Positions 27,215 through 40,719 of a stretch of DNA of 64,000 bases are shown one piece after another. The notes below the pieces were generated by a model, which saw only the letters and a list, made by a program, of their open reading frames with translations, was not told the DNA's origin and did no database searches. Within the stretch, counting starts at the first letter, position 1. Each line of letters opens with the position of its first letter. The DNA is from Octopus vulgaris (Eukaryota): contig OX597817.1 of NCBI GenBank assembly GCA_951406725.2, forward strand, positions 147,746,001 to 147,810,000. The letters are read 5' to 3'. The position numbers were made by a program, and so were the translations under genes.

Positions 27215-28670
27215 TGTAAGTCATTGTTCAGTTTTATTTCAAGATTCCTTACCAATAGAGAAAGAACCAATTTCTAACCTAGATTCAAGGCAAGGAATTT
27301 TTGTATGTGTGTATATATTTATGTATGTATGTATATGCGCAGATGTGTATGTTTTGTTTTATGTATGTATTTTCATGTATATTCTTGCATATCTAGACTT
27401 GCTCGTATATATTTAAATGAAAAACATCTGGAAAGTTTTGCAGATTTTTACAGTTCCAGTGATGGATTGTATATGTTTCTAATTTTCAGAAGCCTAATTT
27501 CTCAAGATTGGTGTATAGACACTGTGTTACATATCTCAGAGCTCCAATAATTACAGATATAAACTTGGACTTGTAATCTTCATAGAGTAACTGCAGATGC
27601 CTCAATAGTTCAGCGTAGGTATTCTCTTTTTCATTAATCTTCAGCTTTATGTTAACATCCGCTGGGCAGCTAATTTCCACAACTGCGCACAGTTTCTTTT
27701 CTCTATCCCAAATCATTATTTCAGGTCTGTTGTGCTTACATTTTATTGAGGTTTTCACTGGTTCTTTCCAACAGTATTCCTTTTTATTATGAGTGGCTAT
27801 TGCCTCTACCATACTGTGGGTTTTATTTCTTTGTCCTCGATGTTATCCTTCCGATGGATTTCATTAAAGTGTCCTAGCTATAACATCATGTTTCATCGTG
27901 ATGACATTTTCGAACAACTGCTTATGATGTGGGTGATATCTTTGCTGTGAACTCCACAGAGTCTGCATCGGTTGTCACATTTTACTGCTTATCCTGCATC
28001 TCTATCCCTTTTTATGCATCAAATACTTGGTTGTTATTTCCTGTTCCTGGATTGAAAATGCATATCCTTCAAAATGGGAGATAGTAATCCGGCTATTCGT
28101 CCATGATAAGCTGCTTTGATGATCGATGTTACTATCATTGCGGAGCCTTCTACTAATATATCCCTGCATTGTCTTCTGCTCATATAATCTCATCTTTTCA
28201 TCATATATATACATTGCAGTAGAGTCGTGCGTCTTCTCTGGGCATGTATTCTAGTTTATCAGACAAAGAGTGTTGCTCAAGGAGCTGCATTCCAAGTGTT
28301 ATGATGTTATCAGCCTCATGTATGCAAACTTGGTCAAGGCATGCACTTCGACACTTGGTGGTTAAAAGATGTCGCCGATAGGATATGATATGATATAATA
28401 TTCAAAGGCATTTTGAATCGATGTTAAGCCTCTGCCGCCTTGATTTCATTTTAGGTAGAGGCGGTTTTCATCACAGTTTATGTAGAAATTATGTGTGCTT
28501 CTTAGTATTTTACGGGTTTTCACATCAATGGCTCGGATCTCATCAAGCGTCCAATCAAGCAGCCCAAATGTTGGTGTAAGTACTGGAACTGCAAATATTA
28601 TGGGCTACTGTTTTAGTGAATGCAGAGAGTTTTGAAGTCCAAATTTTCTTTATTCGGCTGTAATATTCTT
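27215..28670 (-). mobile_element. RLE non-LTR retrotransposon fragment, family 3 (RT C-terminus, zinc knuckle, endonuclease, 3' UTR)
   Basis: RLYLK..QGGRGL, FEGYAFSIQEQEITTKYL, CDNRCRLCG, CKHNRPEIMIWD..VEISCPADVN..IIGAL; frameshifted; the 3' UTR also occurs at about 38345-38450 on the plus strand. Confidence 0.8.
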
Positions 28671-30119
28671 TAGTGACATGTATTATGTATGTATGTTTGT
28701 ATGCATATCACTCTCTCTGTCTGTATGTAAGTATGTATGTATCGATGTATGTCTATGCAACTTTCTGTCTCTACGACAGGCTTCCTCGAAGTTTCCGTCG
28801 ACATAATTCACTCCCAAGGTTTGATCGGCCCGTGAATATAGCAGAAAACATGCCTAAGGTGCCACGCAATGGTACTGAAACAGACACCGCTTGGTTGCAA
28901 AGAGGATTCCTTAACCACAGAGCCATGCAATAGCCTGGTAATAACTTTTTTACAGTACTTTTACGTTTGTAAACATTCTTTATATTTTTTTCCTCTTTGT
29001 ATAAAATTCCCAAATCGGTGATTCTGAAGATAGTGATCAATTATGACAATCCTCAATTGACATTCATTTAAGTGTTTATGTATAATGTAATGCTCATATG
29101 TATACATGCATGTATGTATGTATGTATGTATGTATGTATGTATGTATGCATGCATGCATGTTTGTGTGTATGTATGTATGTATGTATGTATGTATATATC
29201 TATATATCGATCTATCTGTGTTTGTGTGACATAGACACACACACATATATGTTTATATATATATGTATGTGAGTGAGTGTATGTGTGTGCATGCGTGTGC
29301 ATGTATGTATGTATGTATATATATATATATATTTGTATACACACATTTATATGTGTGTGCAAGTGTATATATATTTTTATATATATAGGTATTATGTGCG
29401 TGTGTGTCTGTGTATGTAAAATGTTATGGCCACCACAACTTCTAGTCAATACTTGACATTCCGCTACCTCGCGAGTTAATATTTTAAAAATACAATGGAT
29501 TTGAGCGCTACTGAGTGAATGGATAAGAGATCCCCTACACACTCCTCTCATGCATGCATATATGTGTGTGAGTATATATATACATACATATATATATATA
29601 TATGTATATATATATGTATGTATGTATATATATGTATGTATGTAAATATGTAGTCGGTGGAGAAATTTCCAAAAGTGACTCGAAGACTGAGAGTTGTCGA
29701 TCATTGCGCTACTTTTGTAACGTTAGTATATAAGTATATGTGTATGTGTGTGTGTGCGTGTCAAAATATATGTGCGATTAAATATATTTGTAATTTATTA
29801 TATTTATGTATGCATATATACATAAATACACACGCACACATACACACACACACATACACACCTATATATCTTCTTTGTTCTACAGAAACTTTATGTGTGT
29901 GTTCTTGTATATGAGTGTATATAAGCATTTTATTGATAACAACAACGAGAAAACAACAATCAAAAACAAAAAAGGACAATAAATAGGCATAAAAAGTCCT
30001 TCCTTTAAAATCATGTTTTCCGTTTATATTTGTTCTGCCACAAGTTATAGACACTCTTTCATCACTCTCATTGTTAAGATATTTAGAGAACTGGTAATCG
30101 TGTAGTAATCAGTGACAGT

Positions 30120-30680
30120 TTCACTTGCGAAGTACGTTATCTATCTCATCTAGGTTGTCCCATGGGACGTCCCTTTCATAGGGGTTTCGGTTGCTCTTAC
30201 TATAGGAGTCACAGGGCACTTCTCCATGTGGTCCTGCAGTTTCCATCTAACTAGGAATATTAGGGTCTCATCCATTGTCTTGTATTCAAGTTCTTCGGCA
30301 TGACATCCTGCTAGTTCACAGCCAGGAATCTGATCTGTTAGGTCCTACCGATGACTAAATCCACGCCCTGCTGCCGACGTTTCGATGATTTATTGTCGTT
30401 AAGGTTTCGTCTGTCTGCTACCCTTCGATCTGTTTCGTCTGGTAAGACCTGCCTGAAGATTTCTTTCCCTCCAGCTTAACTCTCCGAGTCAATGGAGCAC
30501 ATAGGCACTTCACCGCGACAAAGTACTTTTAGAATTGGCCGTTGACTACATAGTAGTTCTTCCACCCTTTGACGGGTCTTATTCTTCGTCCCGCAGGGTG
30601 TCCAACAATCACCCTCCTCACCAAGCAAGATTGATTGGTCTACCAGTGTAGTCGCAACAGGTTGTCCAGGGTTACTTTAG
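30120..30680 (-). repeat. Probable LINE 5' UTR-like relic
   Basis: GC-richer non-coding island resembling RTE-type 5' UTRs (pattern impression only). Confidence 0.25.
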
Positions 30681-31547
30681 AAGGCAAAATATATATATAA
30701 TTCAAACTTTAGTGGATAGCTATGACGAAATTGGTGAGAATGGATGGGAATATTTTTATGTGCACAGCTGTAAACCTGAGACTAAAAGACATAAAAGGGC
30801 TCTTTCCATTTGTAGCCAGTGTAATTTAGGGCAGCGATCTGTCTGATCGTTAGAACATTGAAAAAATGCAGTTCAAATCACTCCAGCACCAACTTCGCTT
30901 TTCATTCTTTTCAGGGTTCCATGAAACAAATACCAGCAAAGAACTTATGTCGATATAATGGACTTGCTCTTCCCACAGTTGAAAATCTTGGTCTGGTGCC
31001 TAAATTAGACACAATTTTGACAGATTTCTCTTAAAATTTTGAACATCGGTTACAAAATTATATTCATAAGATCGTTTGCTTTGAAATTAAAGTTAATAGC
31101 TAAGGTTTGACTGAGACTTAAAGGAAATTTTTCTGAGGCAAACAACAGAATGAATCTATTAGCGTGCCTTAACTTAACCCTATTGACCAGCTAGAAATGA
31201 CACCCGAATATTTCTTCTTACAATTCCATCCCATTTTAATTAATAAACAAAGATATATTAGATGGCGAGGTCCTTGCTTTACAAAGTGTGGATAGCCATG
31301 GATAGCATGTCCTTGACCAGAGGGTTTACTGAATCAGAGATAACTTTCATTCTATTGAAAACCAACAGTGGAGTGGGGGCGTCCGGTCACAGTGTACCAA
31401 ACAAATCTCGCTGCAATGATTTATAGAGTATCAACATTTTTTCAGAGACTGTGCTTTTATGCACCAAACCTCTCAAGGGTCTCTCATCCATGTTAAATCG
31501 GAGATAAAATTTACCATTTAGTATTAATACCACTTCCGTCGTAAATA

Positions 31548-31610
<63 letters not shown>

Positions 31611-31614
<4 letters not shown>

Positions 31615-31728
31615 CCTGCTCGCTTAGCCAGCGGGGCGGCGTCATTTGAAGGTTAAAACAATGTGAAGCGCATTGTGACCAGCGATGTGTAGCAACATCT
31701 GATAGCCTGGTCGGTCATGGTGATCACG

Positions 31729-31732
<4 letters not shown>
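31611..31732 (+). repeat. About 120-bp structured element embedded in (TA)n
   Basis: Three hairpins (ctcgct/agcggg; acaatgtg/cgcattgt; gaccag/ctggtc); sister copy at 22669-22792. Confidence 0.75.
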
Positions 31733-31779
<47 letters not shown>

Positions 31780-32449
31780 ATACAATATGTTACATTACTC
31801 GGTAGTCAAGATAAAACTCTGAGGTTCAGATGCCGAAGTGGAAATCCACAACACCATCTCTTCGGGTATCTGGCTATTTGAAAACGTTATGAAAAAATAC
31901 CGTTAAATAAAGGGAAATTACTCTGTTATAACTCTGCTTGCCTGCGTACTTATACATCGCTCGCATTTTTCGTCATAAAAATTATATAAAAATACATAAA
32001 ACATATATAAAAAATATATAAAAATATATAAATTCTTCTTGGGACATAACATAGAAAGCATGTTCTATCTGTTTTCTTTAGGGGACCAAAAACGTAACAG
32101 AAACTTAGTCACATGTGGGCATGATCCGAAAAGCTCTGTCCTTGTATTTAGACATGTAGTAGGGTCTAAGCTGCTTTTCCAGATAAGCCATCTCTCCATG
32201 TCGCATAGACTGCACCTTCCGCTGCCGTTAGTATAGGGCTTACATCTGGCCAATTTCTTCCATTGTATGTTATAATCGACACCTTTATCTCTTAAAGACC
32301 AAATATGATTAGACAATTGTGTCGCTTTTCTTTTGTTCCAGTGTCTAAATCTCAAAGTGTGGTTATTGAACCTGGCCTTGAAATTACCCTCTGTAAGGCC
32401 CACGTATTTCTTCGTCGAAACGGTGTCTTTAGTGGTTATAGAGTTTACG

Positions 32450-33084
32450 CCCCCTTACTCACCCGAGGTGGCCTTCAATATAGGTAAATATTTCCTAGCA
32501 CTGATAGATAGACATTTTCCAGTTAACCATACTTATAGGAAACTCTTCAATAGACGCAATTTAAAAATTAGTTTTAGTTCAACTACCAATTTTAAAAACA
32601 TAATCAAACATAACATACAAAAAACACAAGAAGAAAACAGCTGTTCATGCAGGAATAAAGAATTGTGCCCGCTAAATGGAGCTTGCATGTCCAAGCTACC
32701 GTAAACTCTATAACCACTAAAGACACCGTTTCGACGAAAAAATACGTGGGCCTTACAGAGGGTAATTCCAAGGCCAGGTTCAATAACCACACTTTGAGCT
32801 TTAGGCACTGGAACAAAAGAAAAGCGACACAATTGTCTAATCATATTTGGTCTTTAAGAGATAAAGGTGTCGATTATAACATACAATGGAAGAAATTGGC
32901 CAGATGTAAGCCCTATACTAACGGCAGCGGAAGGTGCAGTCTATGCGACATGGAGAGATGGCTTATCTGGAAAAGCAGCTTAGACCCTACTACATGTCTA
33001 AATACAAGGACAGAGCTTTTCGGATCATGCCCACATGTGACTAAGTTTCTGTTACGTTTTTGGTCCCCTAAAGAAAACAGATAG
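32450..33084 (+). pseudogene. PLE linker plus GIY-YIG endonuclease, Naiad-like, frameshifted
   Basis: PPYS..NIGKYFLALIDRHFP..KLFNR..CSCRNKELCPLNGAC [frameshift near 32690] QATV..KYVGLTEGNSKARFNNH..LSNHIWSL..CSLCDME..LNTRTEL..CPH. The clade call rests on recalled motifs. Confidence 0.8.
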
Positions 33085-33277
33085 AACATGCTTTCTATGT
33101 TATGTCCCAAGAAGAATTTATATATTTTTATATATTTTTTATATATGTTTTATGTATTTTTATATAATTTTTATGACGAAAAATGCGAGCGATGTATAAG
33201 TACGCAGGCAAGCAGAGTTATAACAGAGTAATTTCCCTTTATTTAACGGTATTTTTTCATAACGTTTTCAAATAGCC

Positions 33278-33340
33278 AGATACCCGAAGAGATGGTGTTG
33301 TGGATTTCCACTTCGGCATCTGAAACTCAGAGTTTTATCT
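33278..33340 (+). ncRNA. Variant hammerhead motif (CCGAAGA core); mirror copy at about 31809-31871 has GAAC
   Basis: agatac-CCGAAGA-gatg...catct-GAAA-ctcagag-TT-ttatct; homologous to the cleaner motif at 62409. Confidence 0.55.
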
Positions 33341-33436
33341 TGACTACCGAGTAATGTAACATATTGTATAGATAAATTTCCTCTATTTACATAATATTGA
33401 GGTCTCTTTCTTTCTTTTGTTATCTTACCGTTTTAT

Positions 33437-33501
<65 letters not shown>

Positions 33502-33577
33502 TATCGTCACCATTTGAACGCCATTAGCTATCATCTGCTGAATCGGGGCTGGAATGTAAGTTCAAGACACGGCAAAT

Positions 33578-33648
<71 letters not shown>

Positions 33649-33828
33649 GTGGTGCTGCTGCTGCCGCTACTGCTGCTCTTTTACGCCTCTTTCTTTCCGT
33701 CTCATCTTCCGTCTTCATTTAGGTTTTCTTTTCAAACCCTCGCATCTTATATAACAAACCAACCTATTCCTTCCACATGAAGGGTTGTCCAAACCTTGTT
33801 TGTCTTTCTTTTTACACTCACTCTTTCT

Positions 33829-33867
<39 letters not shown>

Positions 33868-34371
33868 TGTGTGTATGTGTGTGCGTGTGTGCGTGTGTGT
33901 GTGTGTTTAATAATCTCTCGGTATCCCTTACAATTCAACACGTTTCCTACACCATTCCGCTTTCAGTATTACACATCCTATAGCTTCTCCAGTTTTTTTC
34001 CCCTTTCTCCCTTTCAAAAATGTCAATCCTTTCCTTACACAATGTCCCTTACATTATATGTTCCCCTCCTACTATTACTGCTTTCATAGGAATCCTTTAT
34101 GTTCTCCATTCTTAGGTTCACAGACGCTTCAGTTCACTCTTCCTCGCCCCAATCTCGATCCCTATTCTACTCCGTCTCCTTCATAAACGCGTGCCACACT
34201 CACACTCGAATTCCTTCACAAACGCAAACAAACACAAAAAAAGACACACACACACACACACACACACATGTGTATATATGCTGGCACAGGCGTAAGTGCA
34301 TTCACATGCATGGAAATATACATAAAAATTTCGTGTTTACAGTCTTACTTTATTCTAAAGAATAACAGGAA

Positions 34372-34372
34372 A

Positions 34373-34437
<65 letters not shown>

Positions 34438-34630
34438 GTCTATCTATCTATCTATATATCTATCTATCTATCTATCTGTCTGTTTGTCTATCTGTCTGTC
34501 TGTCTGTCTGTCTGTCTGCCTATCTATCTATTTCTCTATCTACCTATTTATCTATCTGTCTGCATATCTGTCTATCTACCTGTCTATTTATCAACATTCT
34601 AGCTATCTACATATAAACAATCTATTTATC

Positions 34631-34719
<89 letters not shown>

Positions 34720-34740
34720 CTCTATTTCTCTATCTCTCTA

Positions 34741-34771
<31 letters not shown>

Positions 34772-34873
34772 GCCTATCTATCTATTTCTCTATCTACCTA
34801 TTTATCTATCTGTCTGCATATCTGTCTATCTACCTGTCTATTTATCAACATTCTAGCTATCTACATATAAACA

Positions 34874-34945
<72 letters not shown>

Positions 34946-34970
34946 CTTTATCTCTCTATCTATCTCTCTC

Positions 34971-35013
<43 letters not shown>

Positions 35014-35124
35014 GTCTGCCTATCTATCTATTTCTCTATCTACCTATTTATCTATCTGTCTGTATATCTGTCTATCTACCTGTCTATTTATCAACATTCT
35101 AGCTATCTATATATAAACAATCTT

Positions 35125-35202
<78 letters not shown>

Positions 35203-35212
35203 CACCTATCTA
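34372..35212. repeat. Compound (TATC)n/(TGTC)n array with about 250-bp higher-order repeats
   Basis: The marker tcaacattctagctatcta recurs at about 34591, 34845 and 35091. Confidence 0.9.
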
Positions 35213-36177
35213 TTCATGGCCACCCTTTTTCATGTCGCGACATCTCAGTCGCTCTTTGCATATGATTACCTTTCTATTTAATCTCGTCGTCTTCTCCTAC
35301 CACTTCGCTTCCAATACTCTCCCTCTCCTCCTCCTCCGTTTCTCTTTCTCTCTCGCTCTCAAGCTTAATTCATTACACTTTCTCCCAGTAGTTCTCTGAT
35401 CTCTCTTTTTTTTTTTTGGTCTTTTTTATCTCTCAGTAGTCATACTCTTCTTATAACATAAGTTTTATCATTTGCGCAACCTCTCCATTTTGAACCAATA
35501 ATTTTACACACGCAGACACATGGATACACAGATGAACCTGCATACACAAAACGTACATACACATTCATCTGCACACACACAAACACATACACAAACACGC
35601 CTACCCATCCAACCGCTTGTACATAAATTCGGATTACAGATGGACATATGAACGCACATAAAGGTAAATAACTATACACGTATAAATATATATACGCTGC
35701 GCATCCACCCCCACACACGCTTACATACACACATACACACATATACACATATACACATATATGCGGGTCTGTTTCTTGAGATTTATTTATGGTTTGCGCA
35801 GAAATTGAGTCGTCCTCTCACAAATTGACAAAATTATTTTGCTAAAAAAGAGACGCTTTTAGGGATTGGCGAATATGTGAAAAGGACTGAGTTAGTGAGT
35901 GCAGGAAACTGAAATGTAAAGTCTGAGGAAAGCTTTATACATCCTCATTGTATCTATTTCTTTATTACCCACAAGGGGCTACACACAGAGGGGACAAACA
36001 AGGACAGACAAACGGATTAAGTCGATTACATCGACCTCAGTGCGTAACTGGTACTTAATTTATCGACCCCGAAAGGATGAAAAGCAAAGTCGACCGAGGC
36101 TATAGTAGACACTTGGCTAAGGTGCCACACAGTGAGATTGAACCCGGGAGCATGTGGTTGGGAAGCAACTTGTGGAG

Positions 36178-36246
<69 letters not shown>

Positions 36247-37079
36247 AACGGAGCAAATGTTACCTATTGTATTTCTCCGCAATTAAAAACATGATGAACA
36301 TCTTTAATCAAGTTTCGAACCTTCTTGGGTTCTCATCCGAGGTGTCTCTATTAATTTGAGATTTGCTAGAGAAACAATTTAGCCAATGTCTTTATATAAT
36401 CACGAAATTCGGTAACTACAGAGAACTGTAGCTACTAGTTTGGCATGCTCTAAGTGTTGAACACTTTATTTAATACCTGGAGTTTTCAGTTTACACAATA
36501 TCATGGTGTGGTGTAATAACTTATATAACCTATGGCGTTCATATACAAACAGGGAAATTTACCTATTTCTCCGTAGATTAAAAATAGGTAGATATTTATG
36601 TACATATGTACCTACATACATACATTAGTACGTACATGCAATAAAGAAAAGTCTGAATAAACTGTGATTTTCAGAAAGACAAATCATCGGCTAATCTGTG
36701 AAGTGGAATAGTAAAAATATGCAAGATTTTCTCAAGTTCCAAATGTGAATTTGTCTGTGTTAACTACATCCCAAAGATGAAGCTTTATATCTTTTTTGGA
36801 AACTGGCTCCCTTCTCAGTAGAAGATTTATAATAATTAAAAAGTAGAAGAGACATACATACATACATACATACATACATACATACATACATACATACATA
36901 CATACATACATACATACATACTACCTAAATACCAATTTTGAGAAATTAGGCTTTTCAAAATCAGAAAGAAGAAAACTGATTCGAAGATTACAGATCCAAG
37001 TCTTTACTGGAACTAAAAATACGTAAAACTTTTAGGATATATGAGCATGTGTAGACGTGCAACTATATGTATGAGATCA

Positions 37080-38282
37080 TTCTTCATTCATTCGGTTCTC
37101 ATTGTGTCTTGTGACACTTGAGGCGACAGTAAGATCATTCCACTTTCTAACATTGAAAGCGTCCTTGACAGCTTGTTCCATTGTTAACCCTTTGGTTTTA
37201 AGATCCTTTCTTATTGTTTTCGCCACGTTTTCTTTGGTTGGCCACGTCTTCTTTTACCTTGTGGAACCCATTGCAAAGCGATCCTGACAATTGAATTCGG
37301 TTTATATCGACAAACTCGACCCAGCCATTTCCATCTCCTTGCTTCAATAGTTTCTTTTATTGGCTTCATGTTAGTCTTGGTGTGTAGTTTGCGATTCCAT
37401 ATCATATTCGGCCAGTAGACCTTCAAAATTTTACCGAAACATTTATTTTGAAACATCACCAACTTCTTTTCAGTCCTTTTGTTTGTTTTTCAGACATTCG
37501 GATCCATAGAGAAGGATGCTAAATATGTTGCTTTTTTCAAAATCGTATTTCCGTGTTCTTCCCGAATATTTATGATTTCCATTATAACTTTAAGATACCG
37601 AATAAGACTTATTCCTGGTTGGCTTTGCTGATTCTTGTAATTATTTCCTGAATGCAGTCTCCATCCATTGTTATTTTGGTGCCTAGATAGTTAAATGCAT
37701 TAACATTTGCGATTGGTTTGTCGTTCAAAGTCACATGGTCAGCATCCGTTATATTTTTACAAAGAGTGTACGTTTTCTTCTCGCTGATTTTTCAGAACTG
37801 GTGTAGTCTATTTGACTAAGTCTTTAGGATTTGTCTTGTGATTCTTGAAGTGTGCACAAGAACAAACAAATCTCGTCTGCTTAATCTAAATCATCTAGTT
37901 GAGTCGTGTTCCATTTTCGTGTATATTCTTCTGTCGTTTTTTGCATCAACCACTTCACTGCCAATGAAAATAATATTGCTCATAACACGCATCCTTGTTT
38001 GGCTCCGGTTTTGATTTCGAACGCATCTGTCAGTTTTCTGTTGTGTGTAACTTAGCATTCGAAGTTCTCATACGATGAATGAATCATCTTGACTAATTTC
38101 TGCGGGAAACCATAGTGTCTGGGAATCTTCCAAAGTGTATCACGGGGAAGGGTATCGAAAGCATTTTCAGAGTCAACAAACGGAGTTCCATTCATTGAGT
38201 GCCATTCTTTGCATTGTTCGAGCTTTTGGCGAATTACAAAAATATAGTCGATACATGATTTTCCTTTCACGAATCCAGCATG
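37080..38282 (-). mobile_element. RTE-clade LINE reverse transcriptase 3' fragment
   Basis: AGFVKGKSCIDYIFVIRQ..FVDSENAFD..LWKIPRHYGFPQKLV; RRWKWLGRVCR..RIALQWVPQGKRRRGQPKKTWR; (gaat)-type tail; many frameshifts. Confidence 0.85.
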
Positions 38283-38477
38283 AGAAAACAGACATAAAAC
38301 AAAACATATAAATCTGCACATATACATATATACGTACACAAATACCCTGTTGCTGTTGTTGAAATTCCAATAAAGGAGCCTTGGATCTAGGTTAGAAAGC
38401 GGTTCTTTCACTTTTGCCGAGAAGTCTTGAAATAAAACTGAACAATGACATACATACATACACGCATGCATACATAC

Positions 38478-38579
38478 ATAGTTGAAATAAGTACAGAAAA
38501 CAAGTTATTGATAATTCGAATCTTTCATAACATTTGTTTCAATAGTCGATAACTTGTTTTCTTTGACTATTTCAACTAT
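38478..38579. repeat. Imperfect 34-bp inverted repeat
   Basis: atagttgaaataagtacagaaaacaagttattga / tcgataacttgttttctttgactatttcaactat. Confidence 0.7.
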
Positions 38580-38727
38580 TTAATTATCTGAGGATCTTGT
38601 TACAATGTTATAGCCCCAGTCCATATTTATGCCAATTTATATAATGCATCACAGGAATATGGGACTATAACGTTTTTCGAATAGTGACCCCAAATTCGTA
38701 CGGGAACATATCGTAGCATTCTACTTA

Positions 38728-38782
<55 letters not shown>

Positions 38783-38985
38783 GAAAAGTCAAGGTAGAAA
38801 ATGCTAAGATAATTTTATAAAAAACATTTCAGTACCGGTTCCAGTCATTGAGACTTTTTCAACTCTAAGTATGGAAAACAATTAAATTATGGTAAAATTA
38901 AATGAAAAGTATTCAAATACAAGGGGCCATTTTCCTTGTTTTTGCCTGTCTCTGTCTCTCTTGTTTACTCTTGTGGGTTCGAGGT

Positions 38986-39052
<67 letters not shown>

Positions 39053-39529
39053 GTGTTTGTGTGTGTGTATGTGCACAGTCATGGTTGAGTGGACAAGGAA
39101 TGCAATCACGTGGTTCCGGGCTCAACTCCACTGCGTGACATATGGAGAAAGTGTCTTCTCCTATAGCTCAAAGTTGACCAATACCTTGTGAGCGGATTTG
39201 GTAGCCAGAAAGTATGCGGAAGTTTGTTGTATATACAGGTGCGTGTGTGTTTGGGAGCTTAGTACTTATTCTAAATTACGGGGACGTAAACACACCACCA
39301 TCGCAGAATCACACCAGAATCACAAACATATACACACACACACACAAACATATATATATATATATATATACATACATACGACAGGCTTCTTTCAGTTTCC
39401 GTCTACCAAAACGTATTTCAATAAATAGTGCTGGGATCGATTCTTGCAAACGAAATTCTTCGTAGAAGTGCTCCAGCATGGCTGCAATCTAATGACTAGA
39501 ACAAATAAATGACAAACGATAAAAGATAC

Positions 39530-40600
39530 TTTTTTCTATTTAGTCATTCATTTACATTTCTTCTCATTCCTTTACTCTTTCTTTCTTTCTTTCTTTCTTT
39601 TTTTTCTATTATTCCCTCTTTCAATCATTTATTATTTTCTATCCACTGTTCTTCGTTTCTTTCAATCATTCAATTTTTTTCTTTCCTTCTGTTTCTTGAA
39701 AGAATGAAAATAAGCAAGAAGGAAAGGAAGAAATGTTACTTTCTTCTTGTTTTCTTTTTTCCCTCTTTCTTCTTTCACTCGTTCTTCTTTATTCAATATC
39801 AGTTTATTTGTTAATTATGTTCCTTCCTTTCTTCCTTCCTTCCTGCCTTCCTTCCTTCCTTATGTCTCTCTTTATTCCTGCTGTCTTCTTGTTTTGGGAT
39901 TTTGCTTTCTTTCAGTCTTTATTCTTCCATACTTTTCTTTCTTTTCTTTGTTTCTGACTTTCTTTATTTTTCTTTCTTTCTTTCTCTTTTTTCTCTCTCC
40001 ATTTCCTTATATTTTCAAAGTGTTTCATCGTTTTTCTCCTTCATTTTCTTTCTTTCATTCATTTATTCAGTCTTTTTTCTTTCTTTCCTTCTTTATTCTT
40101 TCTTTCTCTCCGTCTTTCTTCCTTTTATATTTTTCTCTCTCCTTCTTTCTTTCATTTTTCATTCTCTCTTTCATTCTTTCTTACTTTCTATCCCTCTTTC
40201 ATTCATTCATTATTTCCTTCTTTCCTTCTTTCTTCCTTTCATTATCCTTTTTTTCATGTTCGTTGTTTCTTTCCTTCTTTCTTATTTCCATTCTTTCTTT
40301 AATTCTTTTTTCCTTCTTTCCTCCTTTCTTTCATCTTCTTCCTTTCTTTCATTTATCTCCTCGCTTTCTAAATGTTAGTCTTTCACTTACCTCATTCCCC
40401 CACTCTTCTTCTTTTCTACTAATATTTCCTTCTATTTCTCTATTGTCTTTCGTTTCACTTTCACTTTTGCCTCTTCTGATTTCTCCATTCCGCCCTTTAC
40501 TGCTGAACCCCACATTCCTCGTAGCACTCTATCCCTCGTCTCCTTCCCTCCCTCCCTCCCACCCTGTCTATCTATCTGTCTCTCTTTCTCACACACACAT
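39530..40600 (+). repeat. About 1-kb degenerate polypyrimidine (CT-rich) tract
   Basis: Direct reading. Confidence 0.9.
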
Positions 40601-40719
40601 GCATACACATGCACACACATACACATGCACACACACACACACACATTCGAATATATGTATACACTCGCACATAAAGAGCATAACTCCACTACGATCGCCA
40701 CCGACCCTAAACTGAGGCG

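Larger units (their letters stand above)
31775..33440. mobile_element. Fold-back Penelope-like element (675-bp arms 31775-32449 / 32700-33374, 250-bp spacer)
   Basis: Arms differ at only a handful of positions; (TA)n on both flanks; carries GIY-YIG coding sequence and a pseudo-LTR. Confidence 0.9.

Noticed and set aside
32450-33084. Possible selenoprotein-type recoding as reported for some Naiad elements
   Set aside because: No in-frame TGA in the visible coding part; the disruption is a frameshifting deletion.
39747-40715. 322-aa F/S/L-rich ORF resembling a membrane protein
   Set aside because: Product of a polypyrimidine tract; no domain structure.
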